The notes beneath the pieces are model-generated. The model saw nothing but the letters and a program-made list of their open reading frames with translations. It searched no databases and had not been told where the DNA came from. A stretch of DNA of 64,000 nt from Candidatus Levyibacteriota bacterium. GTDB lineage: Bacteria; Patescibacteriota; Microgenomatia; Levybacterales; UBA12049. Of this stretch, positions 44,956 through 54,681 are shown piece after piece. Positions within the stretch are counted from its first letter, which is position 1, and each line of letters starts with the position of its first letter. A program made the position numbers and the translations under genes. The DNA is taken from positions 10,269 to 74,268 of the forward strand of contig JACPLF010000010.1 of NCBI GenBank assembly GCA_016186645.1, read 5' to 3'.

Positions 44956-46185
44956 ATGAAATACAAGAGAATTGCGGTTATCTCATACCACACTTGTCCT
45001 TTGTCAGACAGCGAGGGAGAGGAAACAGGAGGACTGAATGTTTATGTGCTTGAATTGTGCAAGCAATTGGCAAGAAAAGGCTTAACAATAGATATTTTCA
45101 CCCGCTCTCAAGACAGAACAAATCAAAGAATCGTTAATGTCCGAGACAATCTTCGCGTTATACATATTGCAGCCGGCAAAGAAGAAAAAATTGAAAAGAA
45201 GAAGCTAATTCTTCATATTCCTGAATTCTTAGCCAATATGTATGATTTTATAAATGAAAATAAGATTGTTTACGATTTGGTTTATTCCCATTATTATTTG
45301 TCCGGAATTATTGGTTTACAAATTAAGGAAAAATATAATATACCTCTTTTTGTTACTTTTCATACATTGGCTCTTATGAAAAATCTTGTTGCAAGGGACG
45401 AATCGGAAAGGGAAGATGTTAAGCGGATTGAGTATGAGATACTGTTTACAAAAAAAGCAGACAAGATTATCGCAACAAGTAATTCGGATGCCCAATATCT
45501 CACTTCTTTGTATAGGTGTCCCAAAAACAAAATTTCAGTTGTAACTCCGGGAGTTGATTTGAAAATTTTCAGTCCGAAAAATAAAAGTAAAGCAAAAAAA
45601 TCTATTGGAATAAGCGAAGATCAGAAATTAATTCTTTTTGTTGGACGAATAGAGCCGCTCAAAGCTATAGATGTACTTTTGTATGCTGTAGAAATCTTAC
45701 GCGGTAACAATCCTGGGATGAAGCTCTGTCTTTGGATTTTGGGAGGAATTGTTAGAAAGAGAAATGAAAAGAATCATAAAGAACTGAAAAGACTAGAGCG
45801 ATTGAGTAAGTCATTAAACATTTTAACAGAGGTAAAATTTATAGAAAGAAAACATCAAAGTGAATTGCCAAACTATTATAATGCATCTGAAGTTGTTGTT
45901 TTACCATCGCATTATGAATCTTTTGGTATTGTCGCATTGGAGGGAATTGCTTGTGGAATTCCAGTTATTATTTCAGACACTGCAGGAGCTGCAGGTCTTT
46001 TTGACAAAAAAACTTCACCGCTGGTTACTTCTCCCAATAATCCATTGATGTTGGCTGAAAAAATAAAATACTTGTTGACAGACAAAAATGTGTATCAAAA
46101 AGTCAGAGGAGAAGTCTTAGAAAAAGTAAAAGAATTAAGTTGGGAAAATATCGCAAATAAATTTGTTGAAATTATAGAGAATTAA
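44956..46185 (+). CDS. GT4-family glycosyltransferase (MshA/BshA-like)
   Basis: N-terminal HTCPLSDSEGEETGGLNVYVLEL...LARKGLTIDIFT (MshA-type); C-terminal GT4 E-x7-E region. Confidence 0.7.
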   Translation: MKYKRIAVISYHTCPLSDSEGEETGGLNVYVLELCKQLARKGLTIDIFTRSQDRTNQRIVNVRDNLRVIHIAAGKEEKIEKKKLILHIPEFLANMYDFINENKIVYDLVYSHYYLSGIIGLQIKEKYNIPLFVTFHTLALMKNLVARDESEREDVKRIEYEILFTKKADKIIATSNSDAQYLTSLYRCPKNKISVVTPGVDLKIFSPKNKSKAKKSIGISEDQKLILFVGRIEPLKAIDVLLYAVEILRGNNPGMKLCLWILGGIVRKRNEKNHKELKRLERLSKSLNILTEVKFIERKHQSELPNYYNASEVVVLPSHYESFGIVALEGIACGIPVIISDTAGAAGLFDKKTSPLVTSPNNPLMLAEKIKYLLTDKNVYQKVRGEVLEKVKELSWENIANKFVEIIEN

Positions 46186-46735
46186 ATTCTGCCGCATATA
46201 TTTCACCAGGCTGTATGTATCCTTTGATTGGTCTAATCGAATTAATTTCAAGCGGCAACCCTCTTATTTGAGCTTTAATGATCATGATCGGATCGCCGTG
46301 TCCAATAACAGCGATATTCTTTCCTTTATATTTTTTAATTATTTGATCAGAAAATTCTTGCATTCTTTGCGCGACATCTTCAATAGTTTCATCTGAGAAA
46401 TTATTTTTTGCAGAGGCATATATATTTAATTTAGGGAAATGGGCAGAAATATAAGAAAAAGTTTGACCTTGCAAGGAAGATTTGATTTCCAAAATATCTT
46501 CGGAATAATTTATAGGCAAATGCAAAATATCAGCAATAATTTTTGCGCTTTGTTTGGTTCGAAGCAGCGGGCTTGCATAAATGGCGCTTACATTTTTTTT
46601 GGAGAGAAGCTCTGCGGTTTTGGCAATTTGGGCTTTTCCATCTTGAGACAAGGGAAATCCGGGAAGTCTGCCATACATAACCTTATCCGGATTATCCACC
46701 TGTCCATGTCTAACAAAAAAAATCCTCGTAATCAT
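46172..46735 (-). CDS. Histidine phosphatase family protein (phosphoglycerate-mutase-like)
   Basis: FFVRHGQVDNP is the RHG catalytic motif; 187 aa. Confidence 0.75.
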   Translation of the reverse strand: MITRIFFVRHGQVDNPDKVMYGRLPGFPLSQDGKAQIAKTAELLSKKNVSAIYASPLLRTKQSAKIIADILHLPINYSEDILEIKSSLQGQTFSYISAHFPKLNIYASAKNNFSDETIEDVAQRMQEFSDQIIKKYKGKNIAVIGHGDPIMIIKAQIRGLPLEINSIRPIKGYIQPGEIYAAEFNSL

Positions 46736-47698
46736 TTATTGTAACATATTGTCAAGCGCTTGTTTTAGGGAGTTAAGACTTTCTTGATTATAAATTGAAC
46801 ATGCAAGAACTTTATCCCCTTTTTTCTTAAGGATTTTTAGATTGTTTTTAATAATTTCTTCATCTGCGAGGTCGGTTTTGGTAAACAAAATAATTTCAGG
46901 CTTGTCTAATAATGAGGTATTATATTGTTCAAATTCTTTTCTGACTGTTGAGTACACTTTTTGTACGTCTTCTGCACAAGAATCTATGCAATGAACCAAA
47001 ACCTTAGTCTTTTCAATGTGTTTTAAGAACTCCACTCCCAATCCTTTTCCTTTGGATGCTCCCTCAATTAGACCTGGGATATCTGCAATCGCATGGCTAT
47101 TCATCATTCCAATGTTTGGTTCAAGAGTTGTAAAGGGATAGTTGCCGATTTTGGGATTCGCATTTGTTAAAACACTAAGCAAACTGCTTTTGCCGGCATT
47201 TGGCAGCCCAATTAGTCCAACGTCAGCGATTATTCGTAGTTCCAAAAATAACTTTTTTTCTTCTCCGGGCGTTCCTTTTTCAGCATATCTTGGGGACTGA
47301 TTGGTGGCAGATTTAAATTCTGTATTTCCTCGTCCGCCTTTTCCGCCTTTAGCAATTAGAATAGGGGTTGTAGTGTCAATTATTTCAACAACTTTTCCTG
47401 AAGTTGTATCAGTTACTCGTGTTCCCAAAGGAAGAAGAATGGTTAAGTCTTGTGCATTTTTGCCAAATAGTTTTTTGTGCTTGCCCGGAATTCCATCATC
47501 TGCTTCAATTCTTTTCTTGTACCGAAATTCGCGAAGGTCATTCACATTTGTAGACCCCTGAAAATATACACTTCCGCCATTTCCGCCATTGCCTCCGTCA
47601 GGTCCGCCTTTGGCTTTGCCTTCGTTTCGAAGAAATGTCGCAGCGCCATCCCCGCCATTTCCAGCTTTAACAACTAATTTAATATTGTCCACCAACAT
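46736..47698 (-). CDS. obg: GTPase Obg (short form, no C-terminal TGS/OCT extension)
   Basis: Gly-rich Obg fold (GNGGDGAATF...GGPDGGNGGNGGSV), G-domain GLPNAGKSS, DIPG. Confidence 0.85.
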   Translation of the reverse strand: MLVDNIKLVVKAGNGGDGAATFLRNEGKAKGGPDGGNGGNGGSVYFQGSTNVNDLREFRYKKRIEADDGIPGKHKKLFGKNAQDLTILLPLGTRVTDTTSGKVVEIIDTTTPILIAKGGKGGRGNTEFKSATNQSPRYAEKGTPGEEKKLFLELRIIADVGLIGLPNAGKSSLLSVLTNANPKIGNYPFTTLEPNIGMMNSHAIADIPGLIEGASKGKGLGVEFLKHIEKTKVLVHCIDSCAEDVQKVYSTVRKEFEQYNTSLLDKPEIILFTKTDLADEEIIKNNLKILKKKGDKVLACSIYNQESLNSLKQALDNMLQ

Positions 47699-47739
47699 GT
47701 CGACATTGTATCACAAGAATGGTAGAATTGAGATTGAAT

Positions 47740-47810
47740 TACGGGATCGTCTAATGGTAGGACATGGGACTCTGAATCCCATTATCTAGGTTCGAATCCT
47801 AGTCCCGTAG
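47740..47810 (+). tRNA. tRNA-Gln (anticodon CUG)
   Basis: Manual fold: acceptor TACGGGA/TCCCGTA, D-stem GTCT/GGAC, anticodon stem TGGGA/TCCCA with loop CTCTGAA, T-arm CTAGG-TTCGAAT-CCTAG, discriminator G; CCA not encoded. Confidence 0.8.
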
Positions 47811-47811
47811 C

Positions 47812-48813
47812 ATGGATAATTTAAAAGCTCAGCTAAAAACAACAATAGATCCCGCTCAGGAATTGAAAGCTGGCGGTGAAACTGTCCATAATGTTTATGG
47901 CGAGATGAGCATATCCTTAAATAGGCTAGCTAAGCTGGTTAGAGGAGAAAACAGATGGAAGATAGATGATTGGAGTAGATATATCTTTGAGCCATTTTTC
48001 CAAAAAAGTGAAGAAACATTAAATACAGTCTATAGCAATCAAAAGGAAGTTAGGAAATTAATATTCAGGATTTCGCTTATCGTCGGTTTTGTTTTGATAC
48101 TAATCTTTTTTCTTCTTCCCCTAATTAAAAGTAATCGGGTCACCCTATCTTTTAATTTCAACACGAATCTACCTCGTTTAAGTAACTCTCTGGATCCGTC
48201 TATATCAAACAATCTGACGCAAAATTTTATGGCTATATCGACTTTTCTTGCCGTAATAGTCGCACTTTTTGCTGAACGATTTTGGAAATGGAAAGACAGA
48301 CCAAAAATAAAAATTGATTTTGATAAGAGCTCAGACAGATGTTTTAGATGGGCGATGGTTCCTTTGTGTAATATACAGGATGAAGGACAACGAAAAGATG
48401 TAAAAAAATACTATTTTAGACTTAAAGTTACCAATGATGGTGATGCAGCAATAAAGTTAAGAGTAAGGGTCGATATTAAAGACGAAACAGGAAGGGAAAT
48501 AGAAAGATTTGAGCCTTCCACCTTGCAATGGATTAATAAAAAGGAAGAAACAGATTTGCTAAAAGGAGAGTCTGAATATGTAAACTTTCTTTCGCAAGTG
48601 GTTAATTCTCCAGAAATAAAAAATCGGTTGACTATTGAGATTTTTGATACGAGTCCGCGAGGAATTGCGTGGGATAGACCATTAGACACATATGAATACG
48701 CTGTAACAATATATGGGGAAAACATTAAGCCAATTTTAATACATGCAAAATTTGTTCCAGATAGCAATATAATGAAACCTGGAAAATTAACAATAGGTAC
48801 GAGTTTGCGCTGA
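47812..48813 (+). CDS. Hypothetical two-TM membrane protein with about 180-aa C-terminal domain, immediately downstream of tRNA-Gln
   Basis: TMs LIFRISLIVGFVLILIFFLLPLI and FMAISTFLAVIVALFA; no recognised motifs. Confidence 0.45.
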   Translation: MDNLKAQLKTTIDPAQELKAGGETVHNVYGEMSISLNRLAKLVRGENRWKIDDWSRYIFEPFFQKSEETLNTVYSNQKEVRKLIFRISLIVGFVLILIFFLLPLIKSNRVTLSFNFNTNLPRLSNSLDPSISNNLTQNFMAISTFLAVIVALFAERFWKWKDRPKIKIDFDKSSDRCFRWAMVPLCNIQDEGQRKDVKKYYFRLKVTNDGDAAIKLRVRVDIKDETGREIERFEPSTLQWINKKEETDLLKGESEYVNFLSQVVNSPEIKNRLTIEIFDTSPRGIAWDRPLDTYEYAVTIYGENIKPILIHAKFVPDSNIMKPGKLTIGTSLR

Positions 48814-48854
48814 CACCTTCCAGGCGGGAAGCTATTTTCATACAGTTTTGAGAA

Positions 48855-49193
48855 TTGGGTATTGACACGTATTGTCATGTTTGGTACAATTTGGTCATGA
48901 TTAGCAATCAATTTTTACCTAAAGTGTACACTCCCGAACAAGTAGCTATAATGCTTCAGCTTAGCAAGAATACGATTTATCAGCTGATTAGCCGCGGTGA
49001 GATTGTGGCAAAAAAAATTGGTAAAGTTTACCGCATCCCCGCAAGCTCACTTTCTTTTATCTTTACCGGCCTTGACGAAGATCTTTATAGGGCTGAGCAG
49101 GAAGATTTAAAGAACATTGCGAAAGTGCAAAAAGAGCTTGTTGAAGTTAGGAAAAAGTTGCGTATGTCGTGCTCCCACACCCCAGCCATTTAA
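48855..49193 (+). CDS. Excisionase-like (HTH_17) DNA-binding protein
   Basis: VYTPEQVAIMLQLSKNTIYQLISRGEIVAKKIGKVYRIP is the Xis/MerR-type HTH. Possible later start at MISNQF. Confidence 0.5.
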   Translation: MGIDTYCHVWYNLVMISNQFLPKVYTPEQVAIMLQLSKNTIYQLISRGEIVAKKIGKVYRIPASSLSFIFTGLDEDLYRAEQEDLKNIAKVQKELVEVRKKLRMSCSHTPAI

Positions 49194-49319
49194 TTAAATC
49201 AAGCGGCCGCTGTCTACAATTAAATGCCTAATTTGCTCTTGACAGTTTTAATTTTAATTTAGACAGTTTTTAATATGGCGAGTTTGTTATATTGAGCTTT
49301 GATATAATAAGTAAGTTTA

Positions 49320-49874
49320 ATGAAGTACGGGAAAGTTTTTCCTCATATACTCTTTGCGGTTTTGGTTGGGGCTTTTGTTTTGATAAATAATCCTGATTTA
49401 ATAAGCAATAAGTTTAATTTTTCTTCTCCAAATACAGAAATAATTGAAACAAAAGAAACAGCAAAAGTTCGAAGAGTTATTGATGGAGATACGATTGAAG
49501 TTTTATTAAATAACAAAAAAGATGCGGTTCGGTTAATTGGGATTGATGCGCCGGAGACAGATGATCCAAGGAAAACTGTTGAATGTTTTGGAAGAGAGGC
49601 CAGCGATAAAGCGAAAGAAGTTTTAAACGGTAAAACAATTACTTTAGAATCGGATCCAACGCAAGGAGACAGAGACAAATATCATAGACTTTTGCGTTAT
49701 GTTTTTCTTAACGATTTAAATTTCAATAAATTTATGATAAGTGAAGGTTATGCTCATGAGTATACTTACAAAAGTAATCCTTATAAATATATGGAGGAGT
49801 TTATAAACGCGGAAAAGGAAGCTCGGAAAAACAAAAAAGGGCTTTGGAATGAGAACGTCTGCAAAAATCCTTAG
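49320..49874 (+). CDS. Thermonuclease (staphylococcal-nuclease-like), secreted/anchored
   Basis: N-terminal hydrophobic segment; RVIDGDTIEV...VRLIGIDAPE...RLLRYV. Confidence 0.75.
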   Translation: MKYGKVFPHILFAVLVGAFVLINNPDLISNKFNFSSPNTEIIETKETAKVRRVIDGDTIEVLLNNKKDAVRLIGIDAPETDDPRKTVECFGREASDKAKEVLNGKTITLESDPTQGDRDKYHRLLRYVFLNDLNFNKFMISEGYAHEYTYKSNPYKYMEEFINAEKEARKNKKGLWNENVCKNP

Positions 49875-49886
49875 GTGTCAAGCTAT

Positions 49887-49917
49887 CGTACCCCAGGGGT
49901 GTACGAGTTTTGCTTTA
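49887..49917 (+). terminator. Rho-independent terminator after the nuclease gene
   Basis: CGTACCCCaggGGTGTACG hairpin followed by agTTTTgcTTT. Confidence 0.5.
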
Positions 49918-49945
49918 CCTTTACTATGATATAATATTTGACGGT

Positions 49946-50281
49946 ATGGATTTAACAAAAAAACATTGTGTTCCGTGCGAAGGCGGAACACCTCCATTGT
50001 CCAACGAAAAAGAGGACGAGATGCTGAAATTAATTCAGGGATGGATGCTTGTTAGAAAGGGAACGCATAAAATTACGAGACAATTCAAATTTAAAGATTT
50101 TAAAAAAGCAATGGAATTTGTTAATAAAATTGCAGCGCTTGCTGAGAATGAGGGACACCATCCTGATATCAAAATTGTTTACAACAAAGTTCAATTGGGT
50201 CTTTTTACTCACTCTGTCGGAGGATTGTCGGAAAATGATTTTATAATGGCTTCCAAAATAAATGAACTGCCTGAAAGTTAA
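49946..50281 (+). CDS. Pterin-4a-carbinolamine dehydratase
   Basis: EGHHPDIKIVYNKVQLGLFTHSVGGLSENDF is the PCD signature. Start set at MDLTKKHCVPCEGG rather than the track start 49910. Confidence 0.75.
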   Translation: MDLTKKHCVPCEGGTPPLSNEKEDEMLKLIQGWMLVRKGTHKITRQFKFKDFKKAMEFVNKIAALAENEGHHPDIKIVYNKVQLGLFTHSVGGLSENDFIMASKINELPES

Positions 50282-51282
50282 TACCATTTTTTATGCTTGA
50301 AGTACAAGAGCATTAAGATTAGAGGGATAACCGACAATATAACAACAAAAATCAAAGTGGTATAATGCCCCCAAAAATTCCAGGGTCCTTCCTCTATCCC
50401 TCCAGGGAGCAAAATATTCATACCATAAAATGTTCCAATAACTGTTGCCGGGATTGTCAAAGTAAACATGATCGTCAAAGTTGCCATAATTTGATTTGTT
50501 TTGGAACGAAGTAGGAATTCACTGCTTTCAGATATTCCTCCGATAAGCTCCTGATTATCCTCAACCCTGTCCAAGATTTTCTGTAAATGGTCTAAGACGT
50601 TACCCCAGAAAGGCTGCATTGTGCCGTTGAGATTTTCATATTTTCCTTCTTCAAGGCTTGAAAATAATGGTAGAATAGGCTTGATCATTGTATGAAATAC
50701 TACGAGGTTTCTTCTGGTTGTGGAGATGTCCTCCAAGATTCTTTGAGACTGTTTATATTCCAAGTCTTTATCAATTTTGTCAATAGTTGCAGTTAGCTCG
50801 TTAATAACTGGAAAGCAAGTGTCTACCAGGGCATCTATAATTTTGTAGGCAAGGAATACCGATCCTTGAGACATATATTCGGTTCGATTGTGAAGAGTTT
50901 TTTGGCAAAGGGAAAAGATATGCTCAATTTGAGGCAGCGTTCCGTCATGAACAACTACGATATATTCTTGCGCAATAAAGAAATTTACGTAGCTGCTTAG
51001 CAATCTTCGCTTTTTGAAATACATATGAAAAGCGGGAAGATGCACTACGCCATATTGATGCGAATTTTGAGGCACGTTTTCGGTAAAAAGAGGAAAGCGG
51101 AGAACGATAAGATCGTATTTTTTGTGATTCTCTATTTTGGGTATTTGTGTTTTATGAACGTAGTCTTCCAAGTTTAAGGAATTAAAGTAATAATTGTTCT
51201 TGAGATATTTCATCTCGAAGTCAGTAGGCTTCTCGACATTTACAAAAGATAGTCTTTCGAAGTTAACCGTTTGTACATTCAT
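50278..51282 (-). CDS. corA: Magnesium/cobalt transporter CorA
   Basis: GMN motif (FYGMNI) before the two C-terminal TMs; 334 aa. Confidence 0.85.
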   Translation of the reverse strand: MNVQTVNFERLSFVNVEKPTDFEMKYLKNNYYFNSLNLEDYVHKTQIPKIENHKKYDLIVLRFPLFTENVPQNSHQYGVVHLPAFHMYFKKRRLLSSYVNFFIAQEYIVVVHDGTLPQIEHIFSLCQKTLHNRTEYMSQGSVFLAYKIIDALVDTCFPVINELTATIDKIDKDLEYKQSQRILEDISTTRRNLVVFHTMIKPILPLFSSLEEGKYENLNGTMQPFWGNVLDHLQKILDRVEDNQELIGGISESSEFLLRSKTNQIMATLTIMFTLTIPATVIGTFYGMNILLPGGIEEGPWNFWGHYTTLIFVVILSVIPLILMLLYFKHKKWY

Positions 51283-51376
51283 AAGCCGTATACTATAATA
51301 TTAGTACTTAGGAAGAGTTTGTCAATCCCCAGGGTATTGACAATTAGCAGATGGTATGATAGATTGCTAATTAAAT

Positions 51377-53728
51377 ATGGAAAAACTGATTCCTTTAATT
51401 CCAATAAGAGACGGAGTAATATTTCCCAACACAGATTCGGTTTTGACTTTTGGCAGGCCAAAAAGTCTGGCCGCATTAGAATCATCTTTTTCCAGCGAAA
51501 GAATTGTCTGTTTTGTTCTTCAAAAAAACTCCAAACTTAACGATCCAAGCCCCTCAGATTTATATGGCATCGGAACTCTCTCCCGTATTGAGAGAATGAC
51601 AAGGACTGAAGGGGAAATAATTGCACAAGTAAGGGGCATTACGAGGGTCAAAATAAAGTCTATCTTTGAGGAGAGCTCATACTTAATGGCAAAAGTAATT
51701 GAAGTCCCCGATATAGTGGATAACAGCCCCGAAATAAAAGCTTTATGCAATCATTTAACTAACGAATTCAGGCGTGCGATGAACCTTGGGAAGACTGTAG
51801 ACTTTTTGGTGTTCATGAATATCATGTCGGACAATTCTCCTTATGAATTTGCAGATCTTATTGCCTCAGTTTTGGACATAAAACCTTCAGAACGCCAGGA
51901 GTTATTGGAAATTAACGATGTTAGGAAAAGACTTGAAAAAATTACAGACCTTCTCACAAAAGAGCTAAAAGTTCTGGAACTTGAAAAACGTATTGCTTCC
52001 AAAACTCAGGAGAGATTTGAAAAGGGAGCAAGGGAAGCAATTCTTCGGGAGAGACTTAAGACTATAGAAAAAGAACTTGGGGATGAGGATGAAACAGGAA
52101 CGCAGGAGATTTTGGAAAAAATTAAAAAAGCTGGGATGCCTCCAGAAACCGAAGAAAAAGCCAGAAAAGAAGCTAAGAAACTGTCTCAAATGGCTCAATT
52201 CAATCCCGAGGCAGGATATATTAGAAATTATTTGGAATGGCTGGTTTCTCTTCCATGGGTAGCAAAAAGTCAGAATAATTTGGATATTAAAAAAGCAGAG
52301 AAGATTTTGGATGAAGATCATTACGGACTAAAGAAAGCCAAAGAAAGAATCGTTGAATATCTAGCGGTTCACAAACTGTCTGGGAAAATGAAAGGTCCGA
52401 TACTTTGTTTTGCAGGACCTCCGGGAGTTGGAAAAACCTCAATTGGAAAATCCATTGCAAGGAGTTTGGGCAGAAAATTCGTAAGAGTTTCTTTGGGCGG
52501 AATCAGAGATGAGGCGGAGATAAGAGGACATAGAAGAACATATGTTGGCGCACTTCCGGGACGTATAATACAGGGAGTAAAAGATGCCGGTACGCATAAT
52601 CCTGTTTTTATGCTTGATGAAATCGATAAGGTGGGTACGGACTTTAGGGGAGATCCTTCGTCCGCGCTTTTGGAAGCATTGGATCCGGAACAGAATAATC
52701 AATTTTCAGACCACTATCTTGAAGTGCCCTTTGATTTATCCGACGTAATGTTTGTTACAACAGCAAATGTTTTGGATACAATCCCGCCCGCATTAAGAGA
52801 CAGGCTTGAAGTTATAAATTTTGCAGGTTACACGCACGATGAAAAATTCAAAATTGCCAGGGAATTCTTGCTTAAAAAGCAAATAGAAAATCATGGTCTA
52901 AGTCAGGATAAGATTGAAATAACGGACAATGCTGTTCGTTTTATCATAGAGCATTACACCAGAGAAGCAGGAGTTAGAAGTCTTGAACGGCAAATTGCGG
53001 CAATTCTTAGAAAAGCCGCAAAATTGATAGCAGAAGGTAAGGTTAAAAAATTAAAAGTGACTGAGAAAGATGTCACTAAATATCTTGGGCCAATCAAGAT
53101 AAGCTCAACTTTTCTTGAGAAGAAAGATGAGATCGGAATGTCCACAGGACTTGCCTGGACTGAGGCAGGAGGAGACATCTTATTTATCGAAGTTGCATTA
53201 ATGCCGGGAAAGGGTCAGCTGATTCTCACAGGTCAGCTGGGGGATGTAATGAAAGAATCTTGCCAGGCAGCAATGTCTTATATCAGGGCTCGTGCCCGAC
53301 AATTCGGTTTGTCAGATAAATTTTATCAGAAAATTGATGTGCATGTGCATGTTCCCGAGGGCGCTGTTCCCAAAGATGGTCCATCGGCCGGGATTGCAAT
53401 TACTTCGGCGATAATGTCGGCTCTGACAAAAATTCCTGTAAATAGAAGGGTTGGAATGACAGGGGAAATTACCTTACGAGGTAGGGTTATGGAAATCGGC
53501 GGACTCAAAGAGAAAGTTATTGCCGCTCACAGAGCAGGACTTAAAACAATTATTGTTCCAAAAGAGAACAAGAAAGATTTGGTAGAATTGCCAAAAGAAG
53601 TTCTGAAGGACTTAACTTTTAAATTCGTTTCTCACATGGATGAGGTAATAGGGATTGCCTTCAAAAGACCATTGAGATTAAGACAAACAGATTCTCCACA
53701 GCATCTCCAAGCCGTCCTCCACGCCTAA
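51377..53728 (+). CDS. lon: ATP-dependent Lon protease
   Basis: LON N-domain, Walker A GPPGVGKTS, catalytic PKDGPSAGIA; 783 aa. Confidence 0.9.
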   Translation: MEKLIPLIPIRDGVIFPNTDSVLTFGRPKSLAALESSFSSERIVCFVLQKNSKLNDPSPSDLYGIGTLSRIERMTRTEGEIIAQVRGITRVKIKSIFEESSYLMAKVIEVPDIVDNSPEIKALCNHLTNEFRRAMNLGKTVDFLVFMNIMSDNSPYEFADLIASVLDIKPSERQELLEINDVRKRLEKITDLLTKELKVLELEKRIASKTQERFEKGAREAILRERLKTIEKELGDEDETGTQEILEKIKKAGMPPETEEKARKEAKKLSQMAQFNPEAGYIRNYLEWLVSLPWVAKSQNNLDIKKAEKILDEDHYGLKKAKERIVEYLAVHKLSGKMKGPILCFAGPPGVGKTSIGKSIARSLGRKFVRVSLGGIRDEAEIRGHRRTYVGALPGRIIQGVKDAGTHNPVFMLDEIDKVGTDFRGDPSSALLEALDPEQNNQFSDHYLEVPFDLSDVMFVTTANVLDTIPPALRDRLEVINFAGYTHDEKFKIAREFLLKKQIENHGLSQDKIEITDNAVRFIIEHYTREAGVRSLERQIAAILRKAAKLIAEGKVKKLKVTEKDVTKYLGPIKISSTFLEKKDEIGMSTGLAWTEAGGDILFIEVALMPGKGQLILTGQLGDVMKESCQAAMSYIRARARQFGLSDKFYQKIDVHVHVPEGAVPKDGPSAGIAITSAIMSALTKIPVNRRVGMTGEITLRGRVMEIGGLKEKVIAAHRAGLKTIIVPKENKKDLVELPKEVLKDLTFKFVSHMDEVIGIAFKRPLRLRQTDSPQHLQAVLHA

Positions 53729-53788
53729 GATTTGGTTTGGTTGCTAAACTTGTTTGAATAGTTATTTTAGAGTAAAATAAGCTGTAAA

Positions 53789-53862
53789 GGCGCTTTCGTC
53801 TAGTGGTCTAGGACGTCACCTTCTCAAGGTGAATATCACGGGTTCGAATCCCGTAAGCGCTA
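53789..53862 (+). tRNA. tRNA-Glu (anticodon CUC)
   Basis: Manual fold: acceptor GGCGCTT/AAGCGCT (G1·U72), D-stem GTCT/GGAC, anticodon stem TCACC/GGTGA with loop TTCTCAA, T-arm ACGGG-TTCGAAT-CCCGT. Confidence 0.75.
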
Positions 53863-53925
53863 CTGTCTTAAGTTTCCGAACAAGCTAAATTGTTCTACCT
53901 CTCAATTTTTAGTATAATTTTTTGT

Positions 53926-54681
53926 ATGGAGCAAATTTATTTATCCGTTGTAATTCCGTCTTATGATGAGATGGCGAATTTGCAAAAAGGGGTTTTGGAT
54001 AAAGTTGAACATTTCCTAAGCCGGAAAAAGTATTCTTTTGAGGTAATTATTGTTGATGACGGCTCAACTGATGGAAGCGTTGAATTTGTTAAAGAGTTTA
54101 TTAAGGATAATCCCAACTTTAGGCTTATTGAGAATCCTCATTTGGGTAAAGCGGGAGCGGTAACAACCGGCATCCTTAATTCAAAAGGAGCATGTGTGCT
54201 TTTTTCCGATATGGATCAAGCAACTCCGATTGAAGAGGTTGATAAGCTATTGCCATATTTTAATGAGAATTACGATATTGTAATTGGGTCAAGGAAATCC
54301 CAGAGAAAAGGCGCGCCATGGACAAGAATTCTTATGGCAAAAGGAATGATTTTCTTAAGAACATTATTGGTAAATATTCATGGCATCTCAGATACTCAAT
54401 GCGGGTTCAAAATGTTCAAAAGAGAAGTAGCATTAAAACTTTTTGGCAGGATTAATGAAATGCATCATAATTTTAAAAAAGTTTCAGGATCAAGTGTTAC
54501 TGCGGGATTTGATGTTGAACTTTTGTATCTTGCACAAAAAATGGGATATAAGATCAAAGAAGTCCCCGTTAGTTGGTTGTATGTTGAAACAAGAAGGGTC
54601 AGTCCTATAAAGGATTCGGTAGAAGGCCTCATAGACCTTATCCGGATAAAAGGAAAGTCTCTTGGAGGAGGCTATAATTGA
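53926..54681 (+). CDS. Polyprenol-phosphate glycosyltransferase (GT2, Alg5/GtrB-like)
   Basis: LSVVIPSYDEMANL, VIIVDDGSTDGS, FSDMDQATP (Alg5-type DxDxAT). Start set at MEQIY (53926); the track start 53890 lies just after the tRNA. Confidence 0.7.
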   Translation: MEQIYLSVVIPSYDEMANLQKGVLDKVEHFLSRKKYSFEVIIVDDGSTDGSVEFVKEFIKDNPNFRLIENPHLGKAGAVTTGILNSKGACVLFSDMDQATPIEEVDKLLPYFNENYDIVIGSRKSQRKGAPWTRILMAKGMIFLRTLLVNIHGISDTQCGFKMFKREVALKLFGRINEMHHNFKKVSGSSVTAGFDVELLYLAQKMGYKIKEVPVSWLYVETRRVSPIKDSVEGLIDLIRIKGKSLGGGYN

